The notes beneath the pieces are model-generated. The model made no database searches. It was not told the origin of the DNA and saw only the letters and a program-made list of their open reading frames with translations. From Chloroflexota bacterium (GTDB taxonomy: Bacteria > Chloroflexota > Anaerolineae > Anaerolineales > Anaerolineaceae): 52,128 nucleotides of DNA. Shown one piece after another: positions 11,409-19,743 of the stretch. The DNA is taken from the NCBI GenBank assembly GCA_012798515.1, contig JAAZNB010000476.1, positions 1 to 52,128 on the forward strand, given 5' to 3'. The translations under genes were made by a program, and so were the position numbers. The number at the start of each line of letters is the position of its first letter. The first letter of the stretch is position 1.

Positions 11409-12215
11409 ATGGGATTGAGAACCTATCGCACCTTTCAGGCCCTGGTGCTGGCGGCTTTAGGCCTTTTCTTGTTACAACGGGTATGGAGTGGAAGCGTACT
11501 GCTGTACATCAACCAGCGTTTCGTCTTGCTGGTGCTGTTTGCGTCGATTGGCTTCCTGGTGCTCTCACAAACAGTGCTGCGCGAGCGGCCGCTGCCCGGC
11601 GCAGCGGACGACGACGACCCGGCCCAAGCCCAAGAGGAGGCAGGGGAGGAACACGAGCACGACGGCCACGAGCACGAGCACGATCATGATCATTCCGGAC
11701 AGGATAGGCGCTGGGGATTGTGGCTGGTGGCCTTGCCGGTGATCCTGGGCTTACTCGTGCCGGTGCGTTCCCTGGGAACCTCTGCCTTAGCCAACCGGGG
11801 CATCACGACCGATTCTCCCCTCACGGTGCAAAATGGCAGCGAGGTGGTATCCCTGGGGCTGACGCCGGAACAGCGCACGATCCTGGACTGGATCCGTACC
11901 TTTAATTATGCCGATGATCCAGACGAGTTTACCGGCCAGGGGGCCGACGTGACCGGTTTCGTGTACCACGATCCGCGGCTGTCGGCCGGGCGTTTCATGG
12001 TCGGGCGCTTTTCCATTACCTGTTGTGTGGCCGATGCCCTGGCGCTTGGCATGGTGGTTGCCTGGCCAGACGCCGGCTCACTGCCGGACAACCAGTGGGT
12101 ACGCGTGCACGGCAACATCGAAGTCATCGAGATGAGCGGTGAAAAACTGCCCATGATCCAGGCGGAACAAATCGAATATATCGATGAGCCTGACCAACCC
12201 TACCTGTACCCGTAA
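11409..12215 (+). CDS. TIGR03943/DUF1980 family putative permease subunit with His/Asp/Glu-rich insert
   Basis: The ORF track starts at TTG 11385. The ATG at 11409 is preceded by GAGGAG with a 6-nt spacer. There are two or three N-terminal TM helices, an acidic His-rich tract DDDDPAQAQEEAGEEHEHDGHEHEHDHDH (11607-11693), and a C-terminal soluble domain with the family CC motif RFSITCCVADA (TGT TGT at 12021-12026). Confidence 0.8.
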   Translation: MGLRTYRTFQALVLAALGLFLLQRVWSGSVLLYINQRFVLLVLFASIGFLVLSQTVLRERPLPGAADDDDPAQAQEEAGEEHEHDGHEHEHDHDHSGQDRRWGLWLVALPVILGLLVPVRSLGTSALANRGITTDSPLTVQNGSEVVSLGLTPEQRTILDWIRTFNYADDPDEFTGQGADVTGFVYHDPRLSAGRFMVGRFSITCCVADALALGMVVAWPDAGSLPDNQWVRVHGNIEVIEMSGEKLPMIQAEQIEYIDEPDQPYLYP

Positions 12216-12235
12216 AGGGCGCCTTCGAAAAGACA

Positions 12236-13594
12236 ATGACACAATTTGACCGCATGGTTTGGATAATATTGGCCCTGCTGGCCCTCGGGTTGGTGGGTGT
12301 GCTGGCGGCCGGCACGCTGATCGGGATCCCGGCTCCACATGCCGGCTGGGACGAGGAGGATGGGGTTGGCGGCCGGGGGCCGCTGCGCCTGGTCTTTTCC
12401 CAACCGATGGACCACGATTCAGTCGAGCAGCGTATCCACGTTGAGCCGGAGATCCAGGGTGTTTTCCAATGGCAGGCTAACACCCTGTTATTCTTGCCCC
12501 AACAGCCCCTGGAAAGTGGGCAGGCGTACCAGCTCGACCTCGATTCCGGGGCCGAGTCTGAGGACGGGCGCCAGATTCGCGCTGCCGGCAGCTGGACCTT
12601 CCAGGCACGCGACCCCTGGGTGGTCTACCTGACGCCCTCGCGTGGCATTACCCAGATCGTAAAAGAGAATCCCGCCACACTGGAATCGGTTTCTTTGACC
12701 CAGGCGGAAGATTTTATTTATGATTTTGGCATTGCGGTGGATGGCGAACGGATCGCCTATTCATTGAAGAACGATCAAAACGGGATTGACCTGTGGGTGA
12801 TCGACCGGGATGGGGGCGATAACCAGACTTTGCTCAACTGCGCCATGGACTGGTGTACCAACCCGGCCTGGTCCCTGGATGGGCAGCTGGTGGCCTACAG
12901 CCGGCGGAGCGCCCCGATCGACGTAGGCGGGCCTCCGGGAGTGCCCCGGGTGTGGCTGTTGGACCTGACCAGCCACGATACCTACCCGGTGTTTGCCAGC
13001 CAGGAGGTGACCGGATTCGATCCCAGCTGGTCGCCGGATGGCCAGCGCCTGGCGTTCTTCGACGGCGTGGGCGGCGGCATCCGGGTATTGAACCTGGCCA
13101 ATAACCAGGACTTCCTGTTGACGTCGAACATGGGCTCGATTGGTTCCTGGACCCCGGATGGCCAACGCATGCTGTACATCACCACGGAAATGTCTCCCTC
13201 GGGGTTCCCGTACGTGAACGTTTTGTCGGCCGACCTGGTAAACCAGGCAGTGGCGCCCATCCTGGGAGAGGACCTCGACCAGGTGGAGTACAGCACCCCC
13301 AGCGTCTCCCCGGATGGGGAATGGATCGCGGTCGGGCTGCGCTATGTCAATGCCGGGGCCAGCAAGCAGCTGTGGATCATGCACCTGGATGGCAGCCAGC
13401 CCCAGGCGGTGACCCAACAGGAAAACTACACTCACGCCGGGTATCGTTGGAGCGCCAACGGAGAAATGCTCGTTTACCAACGCTACGAGTTGGGCTCTTC
13501 CAATACCAAGCCGGAAGTGGTCGTCTGGGACCGGCGCAGCGACGAATCCGTTCTGATTTCAGAGGATGGCACCCTCCCGGCCTGGCTGCCGTAG
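12236..13594 (+). CDS. membrane-anchored Ig-like + PD40 (TolB-type) beta-propeller repeat protein
   Basis: 452 aa. TM anchor: VWIILALLALGLVGVLAAG. Ig-like segment: LRLVFSQPMDHDSVEQRIHVEPEIQGVFQWQANTLLFLP...GQAYQLDL. It then has repeated PD40 signatures: DGERIAYS, WSLDGQLVAYSRR, WSPDGQRLAFFD, WTPDGQRMLY, SPDGEWIAVG, WSANGEMLVYQR. Confidence 0.8.
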   Translation: MTQFDRMVWIILALLALGLVGVLAAGTLIGIPAPHAGWDEEDGVGGRGPLRLVFSQPMDHDSVEQRIHVEPEIQGVFQWQANTLLFLPQQPLESGQAYQLDLDSGAESEDGRQIRAAGSWTFQARDPWVVYLTPSRGITQIVKENPATLESVSLTQAEDFIYDFGIAVDGERIAYSLKNDQNGIDLWVIDRDGGDNQTLLNCAMDWCTNPAWSLDGQLVAYSRRSAPIDVGGPPGVPRVWLLDLTSHDTYPVFASQEVTGFDPSWSPDGQRLAFFDGVGGGIRVLNLANNQDFLLTSNMGSIGSWTPDGQRMLYITTEMSPSGFPYVNVLSADLVNQAVAPILGEDLDQVEYSTPSVSPDGEWIAVGLRYVNAGASKQLWIMHLDGSQPQAVTQQENYTHAGYRWSANGEMLVYQRYELGSSNTKPEVVVWDRRSDESVLISEDGTLPAWLP

Positions 13595-13615
13595 CAGGCC
13601 GGTAAGCAGGGATTC

Positions 13616-14764
13616 CTACACGCCAGCCTGTTCCAGGGCGGCCTTGATCTCCTCGATCACTGCTTCGTCCTCTTCGCCGGGCAGGGCCCGTTCCAGGGCG
13701 GTTCGCGCCGCAGTGGTGTTGATCTGCCCCAGGGCCCAGGCGGCGTGAGCGCGTACCAGGGGCAGATCGATGGCGCGCAGTGTCTCGCTCAAAGCGGGCA
13801 CGGCATCCGGGTGGCGCAGGTTGCCTAAGGCCACGGAGATATTGCGGAGGTAGCCTTTGCGGCGGGCGCGCTGTATCGGGCTGTGTTTGAATTTACGGTT
13901 GAACTCCTGGGCCGACAGGCGCAGTTCGCTGAGCAGGTGCGGGGCGGCGATGTCTTCCTGGTGGGGCTCGAAGGCCTCGTCATCACTGTGCAGCGTGGCA
14001 AAACGGAGATTCCAGGGGCACACTGCCTGGCATACGTCACAACCGAAGATCCAATTCCCAATGGCGGGCCGCAGCCCGGATGGAATGCTCCCCTTGTTTT
14101 CGATGGTCAGGTAGGAGATGCAGCGCCCGGCGTCGATGGTGCGGTCTTCCTGGATGCAGTCAGTGGGGCAGGCTTCGATGCAGCGGCGGCAGGTGCCGCA
14201 GTGGTCGCTGGTGATGGCCGGGCCGGGTTCCAGCTCGACGTCGACCAGTATTTCTGCCAGGAAGAAGAAAGACCCGTGCTGGCGTGAAATCAGGTTAGTG
14301 TTCTTGCCGATCCATCCCAGGCCGGCGCGTTGGGCGAAATCTCGTTCCAGGACCGGCCCGGTGTCGGTGTAGGCTGTCTTGCGGACGGCATGGCCAAAGA
14401 TGTGTTCCAGTTTTACCCCCAATAAATCCATCTTAACCGGCAACACAGTGTGGTAATCCTGCCCCCAGGCATAGGCGGCCACCCGGCCGTGGCCCTCTTC
14501 CCAGGTCCCGGCCGGCAAGTGGGTCGGAGAGGCATAGCGGATGCCCAACACCAGGGCCGAGCGCCCACCGGGTAGGATCTGGCCGGGATCGGACCGCCGC
14601 TGGCGGGCGCGTGGGGTAGCCAGGTAGGCCATACCGGCGTGGCGTCCCTGTTCCAACCAGCGCTCGTAGACCGGATAATGAGGCGGCGTTTCGAGGGAGC
14701 TGATCCCAAAGAGAGAAAAGCCGAGGTTGGCGGCCTCGGCTTGAATGTCATCTTGAATGGACAC
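13616..14764 (-). CDS. queG: tRNA epoxyqueuosine(34) reductase QueG
   Basis: 382 aa. It has two 4Fe-4S motifs (CGTCRRCIEACPTDCI and CDVCQAVCPWN), the conserved GLGWIGKNTNLI segment, and C-terminal HEAT-like repeats (ALGNLRHPDAVPAL, AAWALGQI). Confidence 0.9.
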   Translation of the reverse strand: MSIQDDIQAEAANLGFSLFGISSLETPPHYPVYERWLEQGRHAGMAYLATPRARQRRSDPGQILPGGRSALVLGIRYASPTHLPAGTWEEGHGRVAAYAWGQDYHTVLPVKMDLLGVKLEHIFGHAVRKTAYTDTGPVLERDFAQRAGLGWIGKNTNLISRQHGSFFFLAEILVDVELEPGPAITSDHCGTCRRCIEACPTDCIQEDRTIDAGRCISYLTIENKGSIPSGLRPAIGNWIFGCDVCQAVCPWNLRFATLHSDDEAFEPHQEDIAAPHLLSELRLSAQEFNRKFKHSPIQRARRKGYLRNISVALGNLRHPDAVPALSETLRAIDLPLVRAHAAWALGQINTTAARTALERALPGEEDEAVIEEIKAALEQAGV

Positions 14765-14798
14765 GGTGAATCCTGTGCGGCTCGATGGGCGCTCCGGA

Positions 14799-15470
14799 CT
14801 ACTGTACGGTGAAGATGAAGGTCATGGTCATCAAGGTGACAGCGTCGTCGTTGATCAGGCTCCAGGTCGTGCGATAGTTCCCGGGATCGGTGGGAGCGAC
14901 CATGTCTACCACCAGCTCAACCGAGTCGTTGATGGCTACGTTGCCCGGCAGGTAATAGAATGAAGCATCACTGCCCTCTACGCCACTGATGTAAGTGTAG
15001 TAGAAAGAGGTGTTCCAATCGCGTGCCCCAACGTTTTTGATCGTCCAGCGCAGATCAAAGTCGGCTCCCGGGGAGAACACGGCGTAACTGGCCGGGCTCT
15101 GGGTCACAAACTGGGCCCGGTCGGTGTAATACGTGGGCGTGATGGTGGGGTAGGCGACTCCACCGCTGGACACCACTTTGGTGGCCGTGGGCAATGGGGT
15201 CAGGGTAGAGAACGCTGTGGGGGTAGACGAAGCCGCCGGTATGGTGTTGGTCGGCGTGGGAGGTTCTTGGGTGGGGGTAGCCGATGGGTTTTGGACAGCA
15301 TCGAGCGTAATCTCGGCCACCACAGTCTGGGCCGCTTCTGTGCGAACAAGAGCCAGATCAGGCGTGGGCTGGTCTGGATTGGTGACCGGTTGTGCAGTAC
15401 AACTCGCCAGCAAGGCGGTCAACACTGCCAGCCAGACGAGCCTACGAGCATTCGGTTTCATGAAGGTCAT
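14799..15470 (-). CDS. secreted lipoprotein with NBR1-like (Ig-like FW) domain, paralogue A
   Basis: The ORF track starts at 15503. The ATG at 15470 has GGAGG 10 nt upstream and gives MTFMKPNARRLVWLAVLTALLASC, a lipobox-type signal. It has a Pro/Thr linker and then a C-terminal domain: DFDLRWTIKNVGARDWNTSFYYTYISG...VELVVDMVAPTDPGNYRTTWSLINDD. This fits the bacterial NBR1-like Ig pattern (W.v.N.G...W ... aP..pG.Y...W.l). Confidence 0.65.
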   Translation of the reverse strand: MTFMKPNARRLVWLAVLTALLASCTAQPVTNPDQPTPDLALVRTEAAQTVVAEITLDAVQNPSATPTQEPPTPTNTIPAASSTPTAFSTLTPLPTATKVVSSGGVAYPTITPTYYTDRAQFVTQSPASYAVFSPGADFDLRWTIKNVGARDWNTSFYYTYISGVEGSDASFYYLPGNVAINDSVELVVDMVAPTDPGNYRTTWSLINDDAVTLMTMTFIFTVQ

Positions 15471-15533
15471 ACGATTTTGTCCTCCGGGAATCGGCCTGAA
15501 CATTGGCCTTTTTACCTTAATTAGTATGGTGGC

Positions 15534-15562
15534 ATTTTCAACTGAGTTGAACGAATTGTCAA
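15534..15562 (-). promoter_or_regulatory. sigma70-type promoter of NBR1-like paralogue A
   Basis: On the minus strand: TTGACA (15562-15557), a 17-nt spacer, then GAAAAT (15539-15534). The -35 is embedded in the 10-mer TTGACAATTC, which also occurs twice upstream of paralogue B. Confidence 0.5.
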
Positions 15563-15613
15563 GGTCTGGCGTTCGTGATCGATCAGTTTATGGCCAATTA
15601 TATCCCTAAAGAA

Positions 15614-15643
15614 GCACCGGGGGCTTGTGCAGCGCCCCGGTGT
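15614..15643 (-). terminator. hairpin terminator downstream of NBR1-like paralogue B
   Basis: CACCGGGGG (15615-15623) pairs with CCCCCGGTG (15634-15642) around a ~10-nt loop. On the minus-strand RNA the hairpin is followed by CUUCUUUAGGG. It lies 32 nt after the stop codon. Confidence 0.45.
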
Positions 15644-15674
15644 TTATCTCAAACTCTGGATTGTGGATAGCGGT

Positions 15675-16361
15675 TTAGCCGCCTCCGGTGGTTGCCGTCG
15701 GTTGTACGCTGCCGACGTTGATCATGATATACATGGTGTAAAAATTGGTGCCCTGGTCGTTGGTGAGCACCCAATCCATGCGATACGACCCGGCTGTGGT
15801 GGGAGCAACGGCGCTGACCGTCAAGACCGCTTCTTCTCCTGGGGCTACTTCTTGGGGCAAGGGATAGGTACCCTGTGAATACATTGCTTCTCCACTGAAG
15901 TAGCGATATTGATAATCGGTGGTCCACGTGGTGGTGCCTGTATTGCTAACACGCCAGGTGATGGTGAAGTTCTGGCCGGCGCTCAAGTTGGTCTCATCGG
16001 CGGGCGTCTGGCCGACCCATTCTGCTTGATCTGCACTACTGGAAGCGGGCGGGTTGGATCCACCCAGGGCGCTGGTGGCTTGCAAGGTCCCGTTGACGGG
16101 AGGAATGGACGCAGCTACACCGGGGGTGGTCGTTTGGTCAGTAGTGGGTGAGGGTGACGGGGAAGGTGAGATCGTTGCGGATGGCGTTAAGGCAGCCACT
16201 TCGGTGAGTTGAACCTCAATTGTCTGTGCTGCAGCTGTGAAGATCGCATTTGTGTCTGGTGTCGGTTCGGCAGAGGCACCAGGGCCGCAAGCCGCCAGGA
16301 GGAGGATCCCTATCAGGATCAGAACTACCAGCCCTCCTATTTTTTTGCGATTTACAGTCAT
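15675..16361 (-). CDS. secreted lipoprotein with NBR1-like (Ig-like FW) domain, paralogue B
   Basis: 228 aa, with GGAGG 11 nt upstream of the ATG. Signal/lipobox: LVVLILIGILLLAACGPG. Ser/Pro/Thr linker: SPSPSPSPTTDQTTTPG. C-terminal domain: NFTITWRVSNTGTTTWTTDYQYRYFSG...AVLTVSAVAPTTAGSYRMDWVLTNDQGTNF. This domain parallels paralogue A. Confidence 0.65.
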   Translation of the reverse strand: MTVNRKKIGGLVVLILIGILLLAACGPGASAEPTPDTNAIFTAAAQTIEVQLTEVAALTPSATISPSPSPSPTTDQTTTPGVAASIPPVNGTLQATSALGGSNPPASSSADQAEWVGQTPADETNLSAGQNFTITWRVSNTGTTTWTTDYQYRYFSGEAMYSQGTYPLPQEVAPGEEAVLTVSAVAPTTAGSYRMDWVLTNDQGTNFYTMYIMINVGSVQPTATTGGG

Positions 16362-16411
16362 CAGATCGAGAACCTCCGTGTCTCTTTTTTTGAATCAAAA
16401 CACTGTAATTC

Positions 16412-16442
16412 GAATTGTCAACCGTGACGAGGGAATTGTCAA
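16412..16442 (-). promoter_or_regulatory. two direct copies of TTGACAATTC (21 bp apart) forming the promoter region of NBR1-like paralogue B
   Basis: On the plus strand GAATTGTCAA occurs at 16412-16421 and 16433-16442. On the minus strand the distal TTGACA, a 17-nt spacer and GACAAT (contributed by the proximal copy) form a promoter. The GGAGG SD follows about 35 nt downstream. Confidence 0.4.
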
Positions 16443-16493
16443 GGGTAGTTGATTTTGCCGAATTGGAAATTGGGGAATAACGGCCGGGAGGAT

Positions 16494-17624
16494 CTAGGGC
16501 GCGTCTCCCAACCAATCGGATGGATCCGGCGTCGGCAGCGCCGTCAGGTCAAACCCCCGTTTGCCCCGGAAGGTGAAGAATGTCACCGCACCCGGGTTGA
16601 TGGTCACCTCGCTGGAAAAGCGTTCTTCCAGGTAATCGACCACCACCTGGTAGCGGCCGGCCGGCAGGTCGCTCAACACCAGGTTCTCGCGATAGAAATC
16701 GTCGCTCACCACGGCGACTTCGCCGTAGCTAATCACACTCCACTTTTGGCCGGTTTCCAGGGAGTGTACCACGACTTCCTGGTGGGAGAGGATAGAGCCG
16801 TTTGTGTTTGCCAGCCGCCCGACCAGCACTCCCCAACCCTGGGGAGGCGACAGCCACAGTTCGGGATTACGGGTGGTGAAGAAGCTGTTGGATTCGATGC
16901 GGACCTCGAAGTGCAGGTGGGGGCCGGTGGTAAATCCGGTGGTGCCTACGACGCCCAAAGGTGTGCCGGTCTCTACCCGCTGCCCAACGATGACGTCGAT
17001 GCGATCCATGTGGGCGTAGACGGTGTATAGCTTATGGCCGTCGTAGCCGAAGTCGTGTTCGACGGTGACCGCCAGACCGTAGGGGTCGCCGGGGTCGCTG
17101 GTGCCGCGGTACAGCCCATAGCCGGCCCACACCACCTTCCCCGGGCCGGCAGCGTGCACCGGGGTGCCGCGGGGGGCTGGGATGTCGATCCCGGTGTGGA
17201 CGATGTCCGATCCGAAAAAGATGCCGCCGTAGCGGTAATTCGCCAACGGCCAGTTGACTTCGTCGGCCAGGATGGGCCGGGCGAAATAGAAATGGTCGTG
17301 GGGGCTCAATGCCCAGGGCACGTCGTACAGAGGCGGCCGCCATAGTGAGATGGGTTCCGGACCGGGCGTCGGGAAGGTAAAACGCAGGGGCTCATCAGTC
17401 TCCTGAGGGGCGGCGTTGGGGGTGGGCTGGGGACCGAGCTCCAGCGTTGGCCCCAGGACCTGGACCTGCCCCTGGGTGGGGGTGAACTCCTGAACCGGCA
17501 AGGATACCGCGGTAGGCTGCGCACTGGGACTGCCCGGTAGACCCGGTAAGCCGCACCCGGCCAGTATAGCCGCGGCGCTGCACAGTGCGATTACGAGACA
17601 GATGGCACGAAATTGGGTGCGCAT
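16494..17624 (-). CDS. M23 (LytM-type) metallopeptidase lipoprotein with C-terminal beta-sandwich
   Basis: 376 aa. Signal with lipobox AAILAGC. M23 zinc motifs: HTGIDIPAPRGTPVHAAGPGKVVWAG and VYAHMDRIDVIVGQRVETGTPLGVVGTTGFTTGPHLHFEVR. It has a C-terminal CarboxypepD_reg-like segment (GRLANTNGSIL...LPAGRYQVVV). The gene starts 8 nt downstream of the stop of the PD40 gene that precedes it on the minus strand. Confidence 0.9.
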   Translation of the reverse strand: MRTQFRAICLVIALCSAAAILAGCGLPGLPGSPSAQPTAVSLPVQEFTPTQGQVQVLGPTLELGPQPTPNAAPQETDEPLRFTFPTPGPEPISLWRPPLYDVPWALSPHDHFYFARPILADEVNWPLANYRYGGIFFGSDIVHTGIDIPAPRGTPVHAAGPGKVVWAGYGLYRGTSDPGDPYGLAVTVEHDFGYDGHKLYTVYAHMDRIDVIVGQRVETGTPLGVVGTTGFTTGPHLHFEVRIESNSFFTTRNPELWLSPPQGWGVLVGRLANTNGSILSHQEVVVHSLETGQKWSVISYGEVAVVSDDFYRENLVLSDLPAGRYQVVVDYLEERFSSEVTINPGAVTFFTFRGKRGFDLTALPTPDPSDWLGDAP

Positions 17625-17632
17625 GGGACTTC

Positions 17633-19531
17633 TCAGGGGGTATCCGTCCAGGTCGGATGCAGCGTGGGCGTCAGGGTTGGGGCTGAGGTGGGGCTGGGGG
17701 TCAACAGGCGTGGATCTTCCGGCGTAGGACTGACGGTCAGGGTGTAGGTCGGCTGGAAGGTGGCCGTCGCCAGAGCCTCCGGCGGATAGATTTCAGCCAT
17801 GGCGGAGTCCCAGTCCAGGCCATCGTTGAGAATGTACTGGTTGAAGCGAATCGAGGGATAGAAGGTGCGCCAGGTGTTCAAGGAAGGCACCCTCTCCCAA
17901 CCAAAGCGGTGGGCGACCTCGGTGAAATCGACCCAATACCCGGAAGGGACTGCCCCCGGCCGGCCACCTTGCTCGTAGCCCAGGGGGTCGCCTTCATAGC
18001 GAGCGTTGATGTCCCAGGGCGTAGCGACCAGGGGCATGCCCTGGGAGCCATCCTGGTACCGCGTCTTGAGATACACACGCCAATACAGCTGCCCGTTGAC
18101 CACCTCTTTGACGATGGCCATCCAGCCGGCCTGCATGGGGACCGGGTTGAAAGCAAAAGCCCGCCCGGTGTACAGCCAGTCTTGTTCCAGGCTCTCGGTA
18201 GGCGGTTCGGTCAAGGGAGAATAAGCATTTTCGAGGCTGTCCAGGAAATCCCACCCGATTTCGTTGGCGATCTCCTGGCGCAAGGCGACGAAGGCTTCAT
18301 TGACTTCGTCATGCAGATACGGGTAAGGCGCAGTGACGTCATCCAACGGCACGATGCCGAAACGGCCGGCAGGCGGCATGGGGTTGACCGATAAGACCGG
18401 CGACCACAAAGCCCCGGCGGGGAGGGTAGCGTTTTCTAACCGGGGCAGCCCTGCAATCAAAGTGGTCAACTGGCCGGCGTTCCAGTCCATGCCGTACAAC
18501 TGGCCCGGCAGCTGGATGGGAGGGAACAAGGCGATTTGATCCGATAGACGGTATCCGCTGAGGGCGGAGGTGTTGGCAAAGGGAATAAGTGCCAGAATGG
18601 CGTTGCCGCTGGGGCTCCAAACCGGGTTCTGACCACTTTCGATGATCCGGACCCGTCCGGGGGCGTCTTGCAGGCCCCAGATGGCAATTTGTGAAAAATC
18701 GTCGCTTTCCTCGGTCCAGGCCAGGAAATTACCGTCGCCGGACCAGCGCGGGTGGTTCTGACGCGTCTGGCTGTTCTGGCTCACGTTTTGGAAGCGATTA
18801 TCTACCTGGTCCAGGCGAGCCAGCCAGATTTCCTCTTCGCCGCTGCGCGTGGAGACGAATGCGATTTCACGGCCTTGCGGCGACCACGTGGGGGAAAAGT
18901 CGGCCGCCGGGTCCTGGGTCAGGCGGATAGGCGGCTGTCCCAGGTCGGCCAACGATTGGACCAGGATCTCCAGGCTGTCGTCTTGATAGCTTTCATAGAC
19001 CAGCCACTGGCCATCTGGAGACCAGGACGGTGATCCGTCGAATTCTGGGGTATCGGTGATGCGCGCCTGGCTGTTGTCGACCAGGTTCCAGATGTAAATA
19101 TCCCAATAACCGTTGCGGTGTGAGGCAAAGGCAATGCGGCTACCATCCGGGCTGACGGCGGGCTGCATATCGTCCCAGTTCGAATCTGTCAGGCGGGTGA
19201 GGGGCATTTCCAGGGGGTGGTAGGCGAACAGGTGGATGTAATTGCCATCCCGCAAGGCCAGGATCATCGTTCCCGGCTGGTCGGATAGGTGAGTGGCTTC
19301 CTCTGCCAACGGGGTGTTGATCGAAACAGGAGGGGGCAGCGTCGCGGTAGGCGTTTCCTGGGCTGGGGCGGCCGCCAGTGCGGGGGCAACGGTAGGTATG
19401 GCAGGCGTCTCGGCAGACATCTGCTGGTAAAGCGGCAGGCCAATGCCAATGAGCAGGGCCAGATTGACGAGCACGAGTAAAGCGAGGATTAGGACCAGGA
19501 TCCTGTTAGCGGGGGGATTCGGTTTCTCCAT
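17633..19531 (-). CDS. membrane-anchored PD40 beta-propeller protein with uncharacterised C-terminal domain
   Basis: 632 aa. TM anchor: ILVLILALLVLVNLALLIGIGL. PD40 signatures: SPDGSRIAFASHRNGYWDIYIWN, WSPDGQWLVYESY, WSPQGREIAFVSTRSGEEEIW, WSGDGNFLAWTE, WSPSGNAILAL. It has a ~230-aa C-terminal domain (APYPYLHDEVNEAF...FGWERVPSLNTWRTFYP) that I cannot place confidently, and a Pro/Thr tail. Confidence 0.8.
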   Translation of the reverse strand: MEKPNPPANRILVLILALLVLVNLALLIGIGLPLYQQMSAETPAIPTVAPALAAAPAQETPTATLPPPVSINTPLAEEATHLSDQPGTMILALRDGNYIHLFAYHPLEMPLTRLTDSNWDDMQPAVSPDGSRIAFASHRNGYWDIYIWNLVDNSQARITDTPEFDGSPSWSPDGQWLVYESYQDDSLEILVQSLADLGQPPIRLTQDPAADFSPTWSPQGREIAFVSTRSGEEEIWLARLDQVDNRFQNVSQNSQTRQNHPRWSGDGNFLAWTEESDDFSQIAIWGLQDAPGRVRIIESGQNPVWSPSGNAILALIPFANTSALSGYRLSDQIALFPPIQLPGQLYGMDWNAGQLTTLIAGLPRLENATLPAGALWSPVLSVNPMPPAGRFGIVPLDDVTAPYPYLHDEVNEAFVALRQEIANEIGWDFLDSLENAYSPLTEPPTESLEQDWLYTGRAFAFNPVPMQAGWMAIVKEVVNGQLYWRVYLKTRYQDGSQGMPLVATPWDINARYEGDPLGYEQGGRPGAVPSGYWVDFTEVAHRFGWERVPSLNTWRTFYPSIRFNQYILNDGLDWDSAMAEIYPPEALATATFQPTYTLTVSPTPEDPRLLTPSPTSAPTLTPTLHPTWTDTP

Positions 19532-19614
19532 AGCGGTGGTCGGAAGGCATAGTTAACGTTATTTTGTTTTCCATCGATCCCCTGTATGGAAATCAAACGG
19601 TAACAAGTAGGGTG

Positions 19615-19644
19615 ATTGTAGCATCATTTTCCGGGCAAAGTCAA
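19615..19644 (-). promoter_or_regulatory. sigma70-type promoter of the PD40-M23 operon
   Basis: On the minus strand: TTGACT (19644-19639), an 18-nt spacer ending in TGC, then TACAAT (19620-19615), i.e. -35 plus an extended -10. It predicts a ~75-nt leader containing the hairpin TTCCAT-N11-ATGGAA. Confidence 0.55.
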
Positions 19645-19743
19645 TCAAAGCCTTCGCAAGAAGTATGCCTTGCAGATATGTAATGGTATGCCCGCATACC
19701 ATGCCCAGGGTGAAAAATGCCCATCCTTCTATTCCCGCGGGTT

